Shown one piece after another: positions 24,637 to 41,198 of a DNA stretch of 64,000 nt (positions within the stretch are counted from its first letter, which is position 1; every line of letters begins with the position of its first letter). This DNA is from Malacoraja senta (Eukaryota), in NCBI GenBank assembly GCA_038087875.1, contig JAXLNO010000652.1, positions 1 to 64,000 on the forward strand, in the 5' to 3' direction. Made by a program: the position numbers and the translations under genes. The notes under the pieces were generated by a model that saw nothing but the letters and a program-made list of their open reading frames with translations, was not told the origin of the DNA and did no database searches.

Positions 24637-26496
24637 ATGCCTTTTCTGGGGCGAGGAGTGTCTGTGCGTACTGTGGACATGCTTACGGCAGCCTGGAGGA
24701 AGAGCACTCAAAAGCAGTACCTTTCTTATATTAAGAAATGGGAAGAGTTCTGTGTACAATGTATGTCTTGTTAAATGTATGTCTTGAGCTTAGTTTTTAT
24801 TATTTTTTAGCTGTGTATATGTGGGGGGTGGAGGGGGGTGGAGTGTGGGTGAAACCGTTAGTCTCTTCCCTGTGCGGGGACCCGAGTTTTTCCCTGTCGG
24901 GTCTCCGGTGTCGTTGGGCCTAACATCGTGGAGCCGGCGGCGGCCTCCGGCCCGGGACCAACCTGAGGGCTCCAGTCACGGAGCCTGCGGACCTGACATC
25001 GCGGAGCTGGTCGTCTTCGGAGCGGGAAGAGCTGTGGTGGCGCTCGGCTGCGACCTGACTTTGGAGCTTCGGAAGCTCCGGCTGCAGGCCCGGTGGACAG
25101 GAACATCGGGAGCTCCAGGTCCCTGGTGGGAGACGGCTTTCAGAGCTCCCGCAACGGCAACTTCTCCCGCTGGACGCGAGGGGTTTAAAGGACACGGAGC
25201 GAGGCCTAACATCGCCCGGCGCGGGTTAGCGGCCACGGGACTTACCGTCGCCCGCCGTGGGTTCTAACATCGGGAGCCCCAGTTCGCCTCGACGCTGCAG
25301 GTGGACTGCTGGACCGTGGGTTGGACTGCTTGAACCGCGGGGTTTAAAGCACACGGAGCCGGGGCCTAACATCACCCGGCGTGGCTAAATGGCCACAGGA
25401 CTTACCATCGCCCGCCGGGGGCTTTAACATCGGAGCCCCAGTTCGCTTCAACGCTGCAGTTGGACTGCTGGACCGCGGGAGAAGAACAATGGGACTTTGC
25501 CTTCCATCACAGAGAGGAGGTGTTGGAGATTCACTGTGATGGATGTTTATGTAAACTGTTAAGTGTGGGTCTTGTTTTTTTTTGTAATGTGTAAAAAACT
25601 GTAGTAAATGATATTTCGTTCAAACCTAGGTTTGAATGACAATAAATAGCATTCCAAAAGAATGTTGAATATTGTACGGCAGATATTTCAAATGTTTTAG
25701 AGTTTTTGTCAACACTCTACTATGATGAAGGCTTGAGTTATAGTGCAATTAATTCAGCCAGGAGTGCATTGTCCTCATATTTATTTGTGGAGTCAGAAGG
25801 AAATCCTATTGGGTCTCATCCACTTCTTTCCAGATTGATGAAAGGAATTTTTAATTCCAGACCTCCTAAGCCTAGGTACATGACAATCTGGGATGTAAGT
25901 GTGGTTCTTAAGCTACTTCGTGAATGGTCACCTAGTATGTCTTTGCCTTTGGCCAAACTCAGTATGAAAGTGGTCATGCTAATGGCATTAGTAACAGCAC
26001 AACGAGTGCAGACATTTCAAAAATTGCAAAGACAGAATGGAAGTAGCTGAAGATAATGTTACGTTTTACATTTATGACCTACTAAAACAAAGTAGGCCAG
26101 GTGTGACAGGATTCAGAATTGTTTTATCAGCATATCCAAATGATCCATGTCTCTGTATTAAGACATATTTGTTACACTACATTGAGGTTACAAAGGTCTT
26201 GCGAAATATGGAAACTGGGTTGTTTATCACACACAAGAAACCACACAAGAGTCTCAGTACAGACCATTTCAAGATGGCTAAAACAAGTCTTGACAGCTGC
26301 AGGTATTAACACTGATGTTTTTACGTCTCACTCGACTAGGGCAGCAGAAACGTCGGCGGCCAGGGCGAAGGACGTCCCCGTCGACCATATTCTCGCAGCC
26401 GCCGGGTGGTCCAATGAGTTGATGTTTCAACAGTTTTACCATCGGCCTATTGTTAATGCGGGACTGTTTGCAGAAACTATTTTAATTTCTGTATAA
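24637..26496 (+). pseudogene. DIRS tyrosine recombinase, split by an ~0.9-kb insertion and frameshifted
   Basis: MPFLGRG..AWRKSTQKQYLSYIKKWEEFCVQ (24637-24759) rejoins in frame to KNVEYCTADISNVLEFLSTLYYDEGLSYSAINSARSALS (25658 onward); catalytic AQR, HSTR, AGW, FYH. Confidence 0.93.
24760..25654 (+). mobile_element. GC-rich non-coding retroelement with Rex1/Babar-type tail inserted in the DIRS YR gene
   Basis: Cleanly interrupts YR, possible CAA TSD (24757-59 / 25655-57); internal repeats (GGCCTAACATC); ends ATTTCGTTCAAACCTAGGTTTGAATGACAATAAA, resembling the Rex1 tail at 49359-49406. Confidence 0.82.
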
Positions 26497-26670
26497 ATTC
26501 CTCTGGTTTAAAGGGGATCTTATTAATTTCATTATTAAAATAAATGAATTACTGCATTTGTTGTACAAATGCTATTCTTAATGCATTATTGATGATTTCT
26601 CATTCCGAGTCAATCAATGCAGTGAGAAGCCGGGATTTGTCTGCGGCATAAAATCACAAAGCTTTAAAAT

Positions 26671-26781
26671 CTTCACGTAGTCACTCACGTGACTCCGAAG
26701 TAAAATAGTAAGATTAAACGAGAACTTACCAGTTTGAAGTTTGATCTTTATTTTATGAGGAGTTACGTAGGTGATTACGTG
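26671..26781 (+). other. DIRS internal complementary region (ICR)
   Basis: 26671-26707 is the reverse complement of 21401-21437; 26708-26781 is the reverse complement of 26935-27008 (few mismatches). Confidence 0.96.
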
Positions 26782-27267
26782 CCCACCACGGCCCAACCCT
26801 CTATCATAAAGGTCAGATGGAAGTTCTTGTATTACTCATTTTATTATGAGACTATATTACTTCGGTTGTTGTTTTTTGTGATTTCACACCGCTGCTTTGA
26901 AGATTGACGCGCAGGCGCACTGACGGGTCTTCTTCACGTAATCACCAACGTAACTCCTCATAAAATAAAGATCAAACTTCAAACTGGTAAGTTCTCGTTT
27001 AATCTTACCATTCACACACCATTCATCACGTACTTGGATTGGCTCTATAAACTTTAACAGTGCCTTTAGAGTCGTTCAATAAAGAGACACAAAACTGTAT
27101 TTGTTCATTAAAACATCTGCCTGCAGCATGTGACTCTAACCATGCTTAAAGCTTCTAATATATATAAATATAAAACACCAGTCAGCCTACCAAAGCTCCA
27201 ACAAAAACATCCTCTCCATTCTATGGCCGTCTAAATCCTCGAAAGATGTAGCAACAAAATGTGGACT

Positions 27268-27895
27268 CTTATACATCGGTGAGACCAAACGTAGACTGGC
27301 CGATCGTTTCACGGAACACCTTCACTCAGCCCGCCTGAACCTGCCTGATCTCCCAGTTGCTGGACACTTTCATTCTCCTTCCCATTCCCACACAGACCTT
27401 TCTGTCCTCGGTCTCCTCCACTGTCAGAGTGAGGCCAAACGCAAATTGGAGGAACAGCATCTCGTATTTTGCTTGGGCAGCTTACAGCCCAGTGGTATGA
27501 ATCTTGATTTCTCTAACATCAAGTAACCCCAGCATTCCTTCTCTCACCATCTCTCCCTCACCCAAGTCACACCCAACAAACAGCTCACAATGGCCTGTTT
27601 CCTTAATTTTCATTTGTTCTTTATCTCTCTACATCCATTGTCTACATCTCTCATTTCCCCTTCCCGTTACTTTCAGTCTGAAGAAGGGTCTCGACCCGAA
27701 TCGTCACCATTCTTTCTCTCCACAGATGCTGCCTGTCCTGCTGAGTTACTCCAGCACTCTGTGAAACGTCACCTATCCATGTTCTCCACAGATGCTGCCT
27801 GACCCGCTGAGTTACTCCAGCACTCTGTGAAACGTCACCTATCCATGTTCTCCACAGATGCTGCCTGACCTGCTGAGTTACTCCAGCACTCTGTG
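27268..27895 (+). mobile_element. PLE 3' fragment (GIY-YIG end, hammerhead-like motif, tandem tail units)
   Basis: YIGETKRRLADRFTEH..HF..KLEEQHLVF; CTGAAGAAGGGTCTCGACCCGAATCGTC at 27678-27705 (GAAA changed to GAAT). Confidence 0.88.
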
Positions 27896-27989
27896 TTTGT
27901 CTTTTGTGAAAACATTATGTTCTGTTGCTCTGTAAATGTACCTTATCCCCCCCCTCCTGTTTAAATTGACGAGTTCTCCAAATCCACCC

Positions 27990-29545
27990 TTTCCAGGCCT
28001 TTCATTATTCTGTAGGTTTCAGTGAGAACCGCCCTAATCTTTCTAAACCTCACGAGTACAGGCCCAGAGCCTTCGAACACTCCTCATACATTAACCCAAT
28101 CACCCCGGGAATCAATCTTGTAAACCTCCTCTGGACCCTGCACTAGTCACAGAGTGATACAGAGCGGAAACAGGCCCTTCGGCCCAACTTGCCCACACCG
28201 CCCAACATGCCCCATCTACACTAGTCATAGAGTGGTACAGTGTGGAAACAGGCCCTTGCTTCAGCCCAACTTGCCCACACTGCCCAACATGCCCCATCTA
28301 CACTAGTCCCACCTGCCTGCTTTTGGTCCATATCCCTCCAAACCTGTCCTGTCCATGTACCTGTCTAACTGTTTCTTAAACGTTGGGATAGTCCCAGCCT
28401 CAACTACCTCCTCCGACAGCTCGTTCCATACACCCACCACCCTCTGTGTGGAAAAGTTACCCCTCAGATTCCTATTAAATCTGTTCCCCCTCACCCTGAA
28501 TGAATGAAACTTTAAATCTACCCCCCCCCTGCCTGTCCCCCCCCCCTGCCTGTCCCCCCCCCCCCACCCTGCCTGTCCCCCCCACCCTGCCTGTCCCCAC
28601 CCTGCCTGTCCCCCCCCTGCCTGTCCCCCCCCTGCCTGTCCCCCCCCCTGCCTGTCCCCCCCCCCTCATCCCCTCAGCTTAAACCCATGTCCTCTGCTTC
28701 TCGATTCCCCTACTCTAGGCAGGACTTTGTGCATTGCCCATATCTATTGGCCTCTGCTGTAACTCTACCCCTCTGCCACCGTGATGCCCAGGTATCCATT
28801 ATCATCGTGTGTTCTGTTTACGCTCTGTGTTCATGTGATAGGAGCAGATTCACACCATTCGGCCCATCGAGTCTACTCCGCCATTCAATCATGGCTGATC
28901 TATCTCTCCCTCCCAACCCCATTCTCCTGCCTTCTCCCCGTAACCCCTGACACCCGCACTAATCAACAATCTGTCAATCTCTGCCTTAAAAATATCCACT
29001 GACTTGTGGCCTCCACAGCCTTCTGTGGCAAAGAATCCCATAGATTCACCACCCTCTGACTAAAGAAATTCCTCCTCATCTCCTTCCTAAAGGAACGTCC
29101 TTTAATTCTGAGGCTGTGCCCTCTGGTCCTAGACTCTCCCACTAGTGGAAACATCCTCTCCACATCCACTCTATCCAGGCCTTTCACTATTCTGTACATT
29201 TCAGTAAGGTCCCCCCTCATTCTTCTAAACTCCATCGGGTACAGGCCCATTGCCATCAAACGCTCATCATAAGTTAACCCACTGATTCCTGGGATCATTC
29301 TCGTAAATCTCCTTGGATCCTTTTTGTATTCTAGCTCCTTTCTACTTTCCCACAATGTCCTCGGATATATCCGATCAGGCTCGAGATTTTTCTACCTTCA
29401 TACACGATAGTACCTGCAGTACTTCTTTGACTGTAACACTGTCAGCTCTCAAGACACTTCCATTGACTGCCCCAGGTTCCTCCGTCCATGGTAAAATCTT
29501 GTCCTTCTCTTGTGGCTCCACACAGAGATGACGGCTTTGATCCCT
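27990..29545 (-). mobile_element. Cluster of nested CR1 fragments with a (CCTGTCCCCCC)n repeat at 28520-28665
   Basis: ORFs 28303-28494 and 28963-29355 translate as CR1 ORF2 C-terminus; duplicated tail units at 28141-28305. Confidence 0.85.
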
Positions 29546-29564
29546 GAGAGGTCCCACTCTCGAG

Positions 29565-29935
29565 GGGATCTATTGCAGTCGCTGCCTCAAAAAGGTTGCC
29601 AGCATTATCACGGACCCACACCATCCTGGCCACACACTCATCTCTCCGCTGCCTTCGGGTAGAAGGTACAGGAGCCTGAAATCTGCAACATCCAGGTTCA
29701 GGAACAGCTACTTCCCCACAGCCATCAGGCTATTAAACACAACCTCAAACAGGCTCTGGACTATAACAGCCTATTGCACTCTATCTGTGTAGTTATATAT
29801 GTATATATATTGTATGGTATATGGTCACATTGATCTGATCTGTATTTATGCCTAAAATACTCTGATGTGCTGCAGCAAGCAAGAATTTAATTGTCCAATC
29901 TGGGACACATGACTAAACTCTCTTGACTTGACTCT
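29565..29935 (+). mobile_element. Rex1/Babar LINE 3' fragment
   Basis: RCLKKVASIITDPHHPGHTLISPLPSGRRYRSL..RFRNSYFPTAIRLLN; (CTTGA)n end. Confidence 0.85.
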
Positions 29936-30286
29936 CTCTGGCTACCCTTTATACAATCTCTTGAGATTGTCCTTTGTACATCTGCCAAAGCTATAGAGCT
30001 ATATGTGATCTACTTATTTCCTTTTTTAGCTCGCACCTTAGTTCCCAAAACTCCTCCAGGGATGCACCTGATCCCAGCTGTCCCAACTCTAACTCTTGGC
30101 CAAAGCCTCAATTTTCCTCGTCAGCCAAGCTTGCTTTACCCCTCACTCTAACAAGGACATGTATGTCCTGAACTCTTGTCACCACTTTTAAAAACATCCC
30201 TCTTCCCTGACGTTCCTTTTCCTTCCAACAACCTGCTCCGGTCAACTTGAGTGAGTTCCTGTCTCATCCCCTCAAAGTTGGCCTTG

Positions 30287-30340
30287 GGGGTGGGAGATTG
30301 CAACCTTCACGTGGTCTGCCCTGTTTCACAGAATGCAATC
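30287..30340 (+). ncRNA. Candidate minimal HDV-like self-cleaving ribozyme (P4 reduced)
   Basis: P1 GGGGTGG/CTGCCCT (G1-U wobble), P2 GATTGCA/TGCAATC, P3 ACC/GGT, L3 TTCACGT, J4/2 CAGAA (CGAA expected). Confidence 0.75.
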
Positions 30341-30411
30341 AACCTGGCGTGCACAATCAAATAGAACAAGTTATCCTACAACTTTAGGCTGTGCACGCCA
30401 TACACAAGAAG
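30287..30411 (+). mobile_element. 125-bp non-autonomous retroelement (Ingi/Vingi-like) with 13-bp TSD
   Basis: AAAGTTGGCCTTG at 30274-30286 and 30412-30424; ends CCATACACAAGAAG; internal 10-bp inverted repeat GGCGTGCACA (30346) / TGTGCACGCC (30390). Confidence 0.85.
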
Positions 30412-30445
30412 AAAGTTGGCCTTGCCCCAATTTAGAATTTGAACA

Positions 30446-30540
30446 GTCTGAAGAAGGGTCTCTACCCGAAATGTTGCCCATTTCCTTCGCTCCATAGATG
30501 CTGCCTCACCCACTGAGTTTCTCCAGCATTTTTGTTTACC
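30446..30540 (+). mobile_element. 95-bp PLE-tail element starting with a hammerhead motif, 14-bp TSD
   Basis: TTAGAATTTGAACA at 30432-30445 and 30541-30554; insert matches 1265-1359. Confidence 0.87.
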
Positions 30541-30656
30541 TTAGAATTTGAACACATGGGCCCTGTCCAGAACTATCTTAAACCTAATCAAACAGTGGTT
30601 ATTGCTCCATGAACACTTCATCCACTTGCCCTTCCCAATGTCCCTAGACTACATCA

Positions 30657-30955
30657 AGTTTTAGTTTTAGAGTTTTAGTTTAGAGATACAGCAGGGAAAC
30701 AGGCCCTTCGGCCCACCGGGTACGTGCCGGCCAGCGATCCCCGCACATTAACACTATCCTATACCCACTAGGGACAATTTTTACATTTACACCAAGCCAA
30801 TTAATCTGCAAACCTGCACGTCTTTGGAGTGTGGGAGGAAACCGAAGATCTCGGAGAAATACCACGCAGGTTACGGGGAGAACGTACAAACTCCACCGTA
30901 CAGACAGCACCCGTAGTCAGGATCGAGGCAGCAACTCTACCGCTGTGCCACCGTG
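30657..30955 (-). mobile_element. HE1-type tRNA-derived SINE (deletion in head)
   Basis: Homologous to 19240-19527. Confidence 0.87.
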
Positions 30956-32319
30956 ACCAGCCTCTCACATGTGAGGCTCTGACTGCTGGAGGAAACTCTC
31001 CTGAACACATTCGACAATGTTCATCCCGTCTAAACCATTCACACTATGACTATCCCAGTCAATATTGGGAACGTCAACATCCCCATCTACAACAACTTTT
31101 CACCTGCAATCTCCCGGCATATTTGGAGATCTGTAGTACACCCCCAACAAGGTGATCATCCCTTTCTTGTTCCTCAGCTCCACCCATATAGCCTCTCTAG
31201 ACAAACCGTCTGTAATGTTACCTCTGAATAGCGAGGTTACAATACTTGCCTTCAGCGGCGCCGCAGTTCTGCCACTGGCCATGTGCGCAACTTTGGCGCC
31301 TTTGAGGGGGGGGGGGGGCGGGATTAAAATCCAGTTTTCTACCGCCTGTCCGAGGCCGATTTCCTCTGGCTGCTAAGCTGCTGCAGAAAAATCGTTCCGA
31401 CTTCCATTCCCGATTTTTTTTTTTAATCGCGAGACAATTTAATGATTATATTAAAATATAAAGCGACTTCTAACGCCGTCAACACCTACAACGTGACGGA
31501 TCTCACGTACGGGGCAAAACAAAATGTAAGTCGTCTATTTTACATATAAACTTGCTTCTTGGGATGACTTTAATCAATCCTCTACAGACGAAAATATTAT
31601 TTGGGCCCCATACGAACCGGCAGTGTTTTTCCTGCCGATGTGGGGTTCAAATTCACCGCAAATGCAACGTTTTAATCAATTGCGTTCCAGAAGCAAGATG
31701 ATTTAAATGCCCTTTTTTTTTGGAGCTAAGCCGTCTAAATTGTCTATATTCTGTGGTGTTCTCTCTCCCCATGATCATTATTTTTAAACTAAATATTCAC
31801 AACAGTTTGAGTCACATGTATTGTGCAAAAAACAATAATCTGATTATATTTTGGGTGGATGTTTCTATGGGAATTAAACATTAAATTCCTTCCATCTGGG
31901 ATATAAATTCATGACAGTGAGATTTAAAAATCATGTTATATTGTGAATTCTTGTGTGAATGGGATTAGTTTGTTATTTGGATACTTAGGCTATTTAAAAA
32001 ATGTATCCTTTTCTTAAGAAATGGAATCTACAGGACATTCTTAATGGAAAAGTAGTGGGCAGAAAGGCATGTCATGTGTGGTTTGAATGTTGAATTCTAT
32101 AATGTGTTGTGGCATTTTTCCCTTTTTTAATTTTTCTATGGATGTACGGAATCTTAATTATTTTTTTCTATGTAAAGCACTTTGGTTTCAACGTGAGATT
32201 TAAACGTGCTATATAAATAAAATGTACTTACTTACTTACTCATGATTTTGTACACTTCTATAAGATCTCCCCTCATCCTCCTGCGCTCCAAGGAATAGAG
32301 TCCCAGACTGCCCCAACCT

Positions 32320-34210
32320 TAACATGGTTCTGTGAAGGAATCTTGCCTGACGAATCTGCTGGAGTTCTTGAAGGAAGTAAATAGCAGGACAGATAAAGGA
32401 GATTCAGCAGATGTTGTTTACCTGGATTTTCAGAAAGCCTTTGATAAGGTGCCTCACACAAGGTTGCTAAAGAAGATGAGAGCCAAGTGTGGGTATGGAT
32501 ATAACGAATGGATAAACAGGGCTTGTATTCACCGGAATTTAGTATGAGAGGGGATCTTATTGAAACATATAAGATTATTAAGGGATTGGACACGCTAGAT
32601 GCAGGAAACATGTTCCCGATGTTGGGGGAGTCCTGAACCAGGGGCCACACATAGTTAAAGAATAAGGGGTCGGCCATTTAGGACTGAGATGAGGAGAAAC
32701 CTTTCCACCCAGAGAGTTGTGAATCTGTGGCCATTTGGGACTGAGATGAGGAGAAACATTTCCACCCAGAGAGTTGTGAATCTGTGGCCATTTGGGACTG
32801 AGATTAGGATAAACTTTTCCACCCAGTTAGTTGTGAATCTGTGGGATTCTCTGCCACAGAGGGCGGTGGAGGCCGGTTCTCTGGATACTTTCAAGAGAGA
32901 GCTAGATTTAGCTCTTGGGGCTAACGGAATCAAGGGGAGTAAGCAGGAACGGGGTACTGATTGTGGATGATCAGCCGTGATCACAGTGAATGCCGGTGCT
33001 GGCTGGAAGGGCCGAATGGCCGACACCTGCACCTGTTTTCTATGTTCATTTGATAGCAGGTTGGCTGGACGGCAGAAGACAAGTGTGGCAATAAAGGGGG
33101 CTTTATCTGTTTGGCTGCCAGTGACTAGCGGAGTTCCGCAGGTCACGGTGCTGGGGCCGCTACTCTTCACGTTGTGTATTAATGGTGTGGATGAGGGGAT
33201 TGAAGTCTTTGTGGCCACGTTTGCAGATAGAAATATAGACAATAGGTGGAGGGGCAGGTAGTGTAGAGAAAGCAAAGACTCTGCAGAAGGACTTGGACAG
33301 ATTGGGAGTGCGGGCAGAGAAGTGGCAGATGGAATATAGTGTAGCAAAATGTGGAGTCGTTCATCTTGGTCGTGGGAATATAGGCGTCTACTATTTAATA
33401 AACGGGGAGAGAATCCAGAAATCGGAGTTGTAAACAGACTCAGGAGCTTGTGCAGCAGTAGGCCATTCAGCCCTTGCAGCCAGCACCGCCATTCAATGTG
33501 ATCATGGCTGATCATCCCCAATCAGTACCCCGTTCCTGCCTTCTCCTCATATCCCCTGACTCCACTATTTTTAAGAGCCCAATCTAGCTCTCTCTTGAAA
33601 GTATCCAGAGAACCAGCCTCCACCACCCTCTGAGGCAGAGAACCCCACAGATTCACAACTTTCTGGGTGGAAAAGTTTCTCCTCGTCTCCGTTCTAAATG
33701 GCCGACCCCTTATTCTTAAACTGTGTGTGGCCCCTGGTTCTGGACTACCCCAACATCGGGAACATGTTTCCTGCCTCTACCACGTCCAAACCCTTAATGA
33801 TCTTATATGTTTCAATGAGATTCCCTCTCATCCTTCTAAACTACAGTGTACAAGCCCAGCCGCTCCATTCTCTCAGCATATGACAGTCCCGCCATCCCGG
33901 GAATTAACCTGGTGCTGGGCTCCCTCAATAACATGTCTGATCTCAGTCGAATCGCTGGTAAAGAAAGTCAACTCGATGCTGGCATTTATTTATTTATTTA
34001 CAGAGGGCTTGTGTATAAACACAGGGGTGTAATGCTGAGGCTCTATAAGGCGCTGGTGTGGCCATGAGCAGTTCTGGGCCCCGTATCTGAGGAAGGATGT
34101 GCCGGCTCCGGAGTGGGTCCAGAGGTTTTACCAGAACCATCCCAGGAATGAGTGGGTCGACGTTTCCGATGAGCGCTTGTCGGCGCTGCTGGGCCTGTAT
34201 TCGCTGGGTC
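32320..34210. mobile_element. Nested CR1 RT and 3' fragments on both strands; includes a 59-bp triplication at ~32672-32842
   Basis: SCLTNLLEF..VVYLDFQKAFDKVPH (32332-32547), [15 protein letters not shown] (33121-33228); minus-strand copy at 33455-33912. Confidence 0.88.
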
Positions 34211-34214
34211 AATG

Positions 34215-34850
34215 CACGACCCCCCCCTCTCCGCCCCCCAGTGAATCCTCCAAATCTTCACCCCCGACTCCCGAGGGCCTCACCTCATCTGTCCAATGAC
34301 CCTGTGAGGGGAGTGGGAAGTGAGAGATTAGTAATCACCCCCTCCCGTCCCCCCCCCCACACTCCACCTCCCGTCCTCCCCCCCCACCTCCCCTCTCCCC
34401 GTCTCCGTGACCCGCGGCCTCTCACCTGCCGAGGGGTCGAGCTGTGGCCAGGTTCTGGGTCAAAGGTCATCTGTCGAACCAGGTTCCCCCAGAGGGCGGG
34501 CTGTTGGCAGCTGGTGGTCAGAGGTCAGAGCGGTGTCAGGAGCGTCAAGAGGGGAGTGGGGGCGGGGTGAAGGAGCGGTTGGGGGGTTATGAGCTCTTCA
34601 CCTACCGCGGACACGCGCCCTCGAGGGGCAGCAACTCGTCCGATTTCCCCGCGAGGAAACTCCGGGCCAGACACAGGATATGGGATCTTGCTGCGCAGCC
34701 GCGGTGAACACACGGTAACGTCACGGACACAAGCTGGGGGAGAGAGAGAGAGAGCAGTCAGTCCCAGTGACAGGGAGACACCCACCCCACTGCGTGCGTG
34801 CGTGCGTGCGTGCGTGCGTGTGTGCGTGTGCGTGTGCGCAATCACTGGTC
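34215..34850. promoter_or_regulatory. CpG-rich island, candidate promoter / first exon(s)
   Basis: GC- and CpG-rich sequence not repeated in the window; donor-like sites CAG|GTGAGA (minus, 34428-34420) and ACG|GTAACG (plus, 34712-34720). Confidence 0.4.
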
Positions 34851-34906
34851 GGCACGGACTCGGTGGGGAAGGGCCTGTTTCCGCGCTGTATCTCTAAACT
34901 AAACTA

Positions 34907-40138
<5,232 letters not shown>

Positions 40139-40361
40139 CACAATTATATAACGGTTTCCTCCGACATAAACACACCCAATATGTGCTAGTAATGTCCTGT
40201 TTGCCAGCTTGTTGACCCTCTGTGTTCCTCTCCTGCAGGGTTTAGGAGCCGTTGCTGTGGACGGAGAGACCGTTGAGGGCAGCCAGGGTGCTGGTGAGCC
40301 CCCCCCCCCCCCCACCCCATCTGCTCGGTGTGCGGTCTGAGCTTCGAGGGGCTGAGCTTCG

Positions 40362-41198
40362 ATGGAGGACCACATGACGGGGCTCAACAAAGAGAAGCGT
40401 TTTGAGTGCGACGTGTGTGGCAAGGACTGGCGGTGCCCGAGCGAGCTGGAGACCCACCGGCGGGAGCACATGGGAGAACGCCCCTTCAACTTCTCGGACT
40501 GCGGTAAGAGCTTCACCCGCTATGACCACCTGCTGCAGCACAACCGCGTATACTCCGGCGAGGGGCCCTACACCTGCTCCGACTGCGGCAATAGCTTCAA
40601 GAAGGCGAATCACCTGCAGATCCACCGGCGGGTGCACATGGGCGAGAAGCTCTATGGCTGCTCCACCTGTGGCAAGAACTTTGCCCGGTTATCGGTGCTG
40701 CATGTGCACTGGCGGGTGCACAGCAGTGAGCGGCCCTTCACCTGCTCCGACTGCGACAAAGGCTTCAAGTCTTTGCCGGACCTAAAGGTGCAGAGGCGAG
40801 TGCACACCGGGGTGCGGCCCTACACTTGTGCCCAGTGCGGCAAGGGCTTCACCCGCTCCAACAACCTGCTGGCCCACCAGCGCACCCACACCGGCGAGCG
40901 TCCCTACAACTGCGCCCAGTGCGGCAAGGGCGGCACCCACTCCAGCAGCCTGCTGGAGCACCAGCGCACCCACACTGGCGAGCGCCCTTACAACTGCGCC
41001 CAGTGCGGCAAGGGCTTCACCCAGTCGAGCAGCCTGCTGGTGCACCAGCGCAACCACACCGGCGAGTGCCCTTACACCTGCGCCCAGTGCGGCAAGGGCT
41101 TCACCCGCTCCACCTATCTGCTGTCCCACCAGCGGGTGCACGCCGGCGAGCAGCTGCTCCCACTGTGGCAAGAGAGCATGGAGCCTGCGGGAGCATAG
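40362..41198 (+). CDS. KRAB-less tandem C2H2 zinc-finger protein (9 repeats, 7 with all Zn ligands); possibly a decaying gene
   Basis: CxxC..HxxxH repeats with TGERP-type linkers; fingers 2 and 5 lack ligands; splice acceptor CCTCTCCTGCAG ending at 40238 upstream. Confidence 0.7.
   Translation: MEDHMTGLNKEKRFECDVCGKDWRCPSELETHRREHMGERPFNFSDCGKSFTRYDHLLQHNRVYSGEGPYTCSDCGNSFKKANHLQIHRRVHMGEKLYGCSTCGKNFARLSVLHVHWRVHSSERPFTCSDCDKGFKSLPDLKVQRRVHTGVRPYTCAQCGKGFTRSNNLLAHQRTHTGERPYNCAQCGKGGTHSSSLLEHQRTHTGERPYNCAQCGKGFTQSSSLLVHQRNHTGECPYTCAQCGKGFTRSTYLLSHQRVHAGEQLLPLWQESMEPAGA

Larger units (their letters stand above)
21401..27008 (+). mobile_element. DIRS1-type tyrosine-recombinase retrotransposon, full terminal structure, degenerate ORFs
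   Basis: Left ITR from 21401; right ITR ~26908-26940 plus 3' extension to 27008; ICR 26671-26781 complementary to both termini; order gag - RT/RNaseH/MT - YR. Confidence 0.96.
29935..31222 (-). mobile_element. Old CR1 ORF2 (endonuclease/linker) fragment hosting several younger insertions
   Basis: GLSREAIWVELRNKKGMITLLGVYYRSPN (31100-31222), homologous to 60364-60460. Confidence 0.75.
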
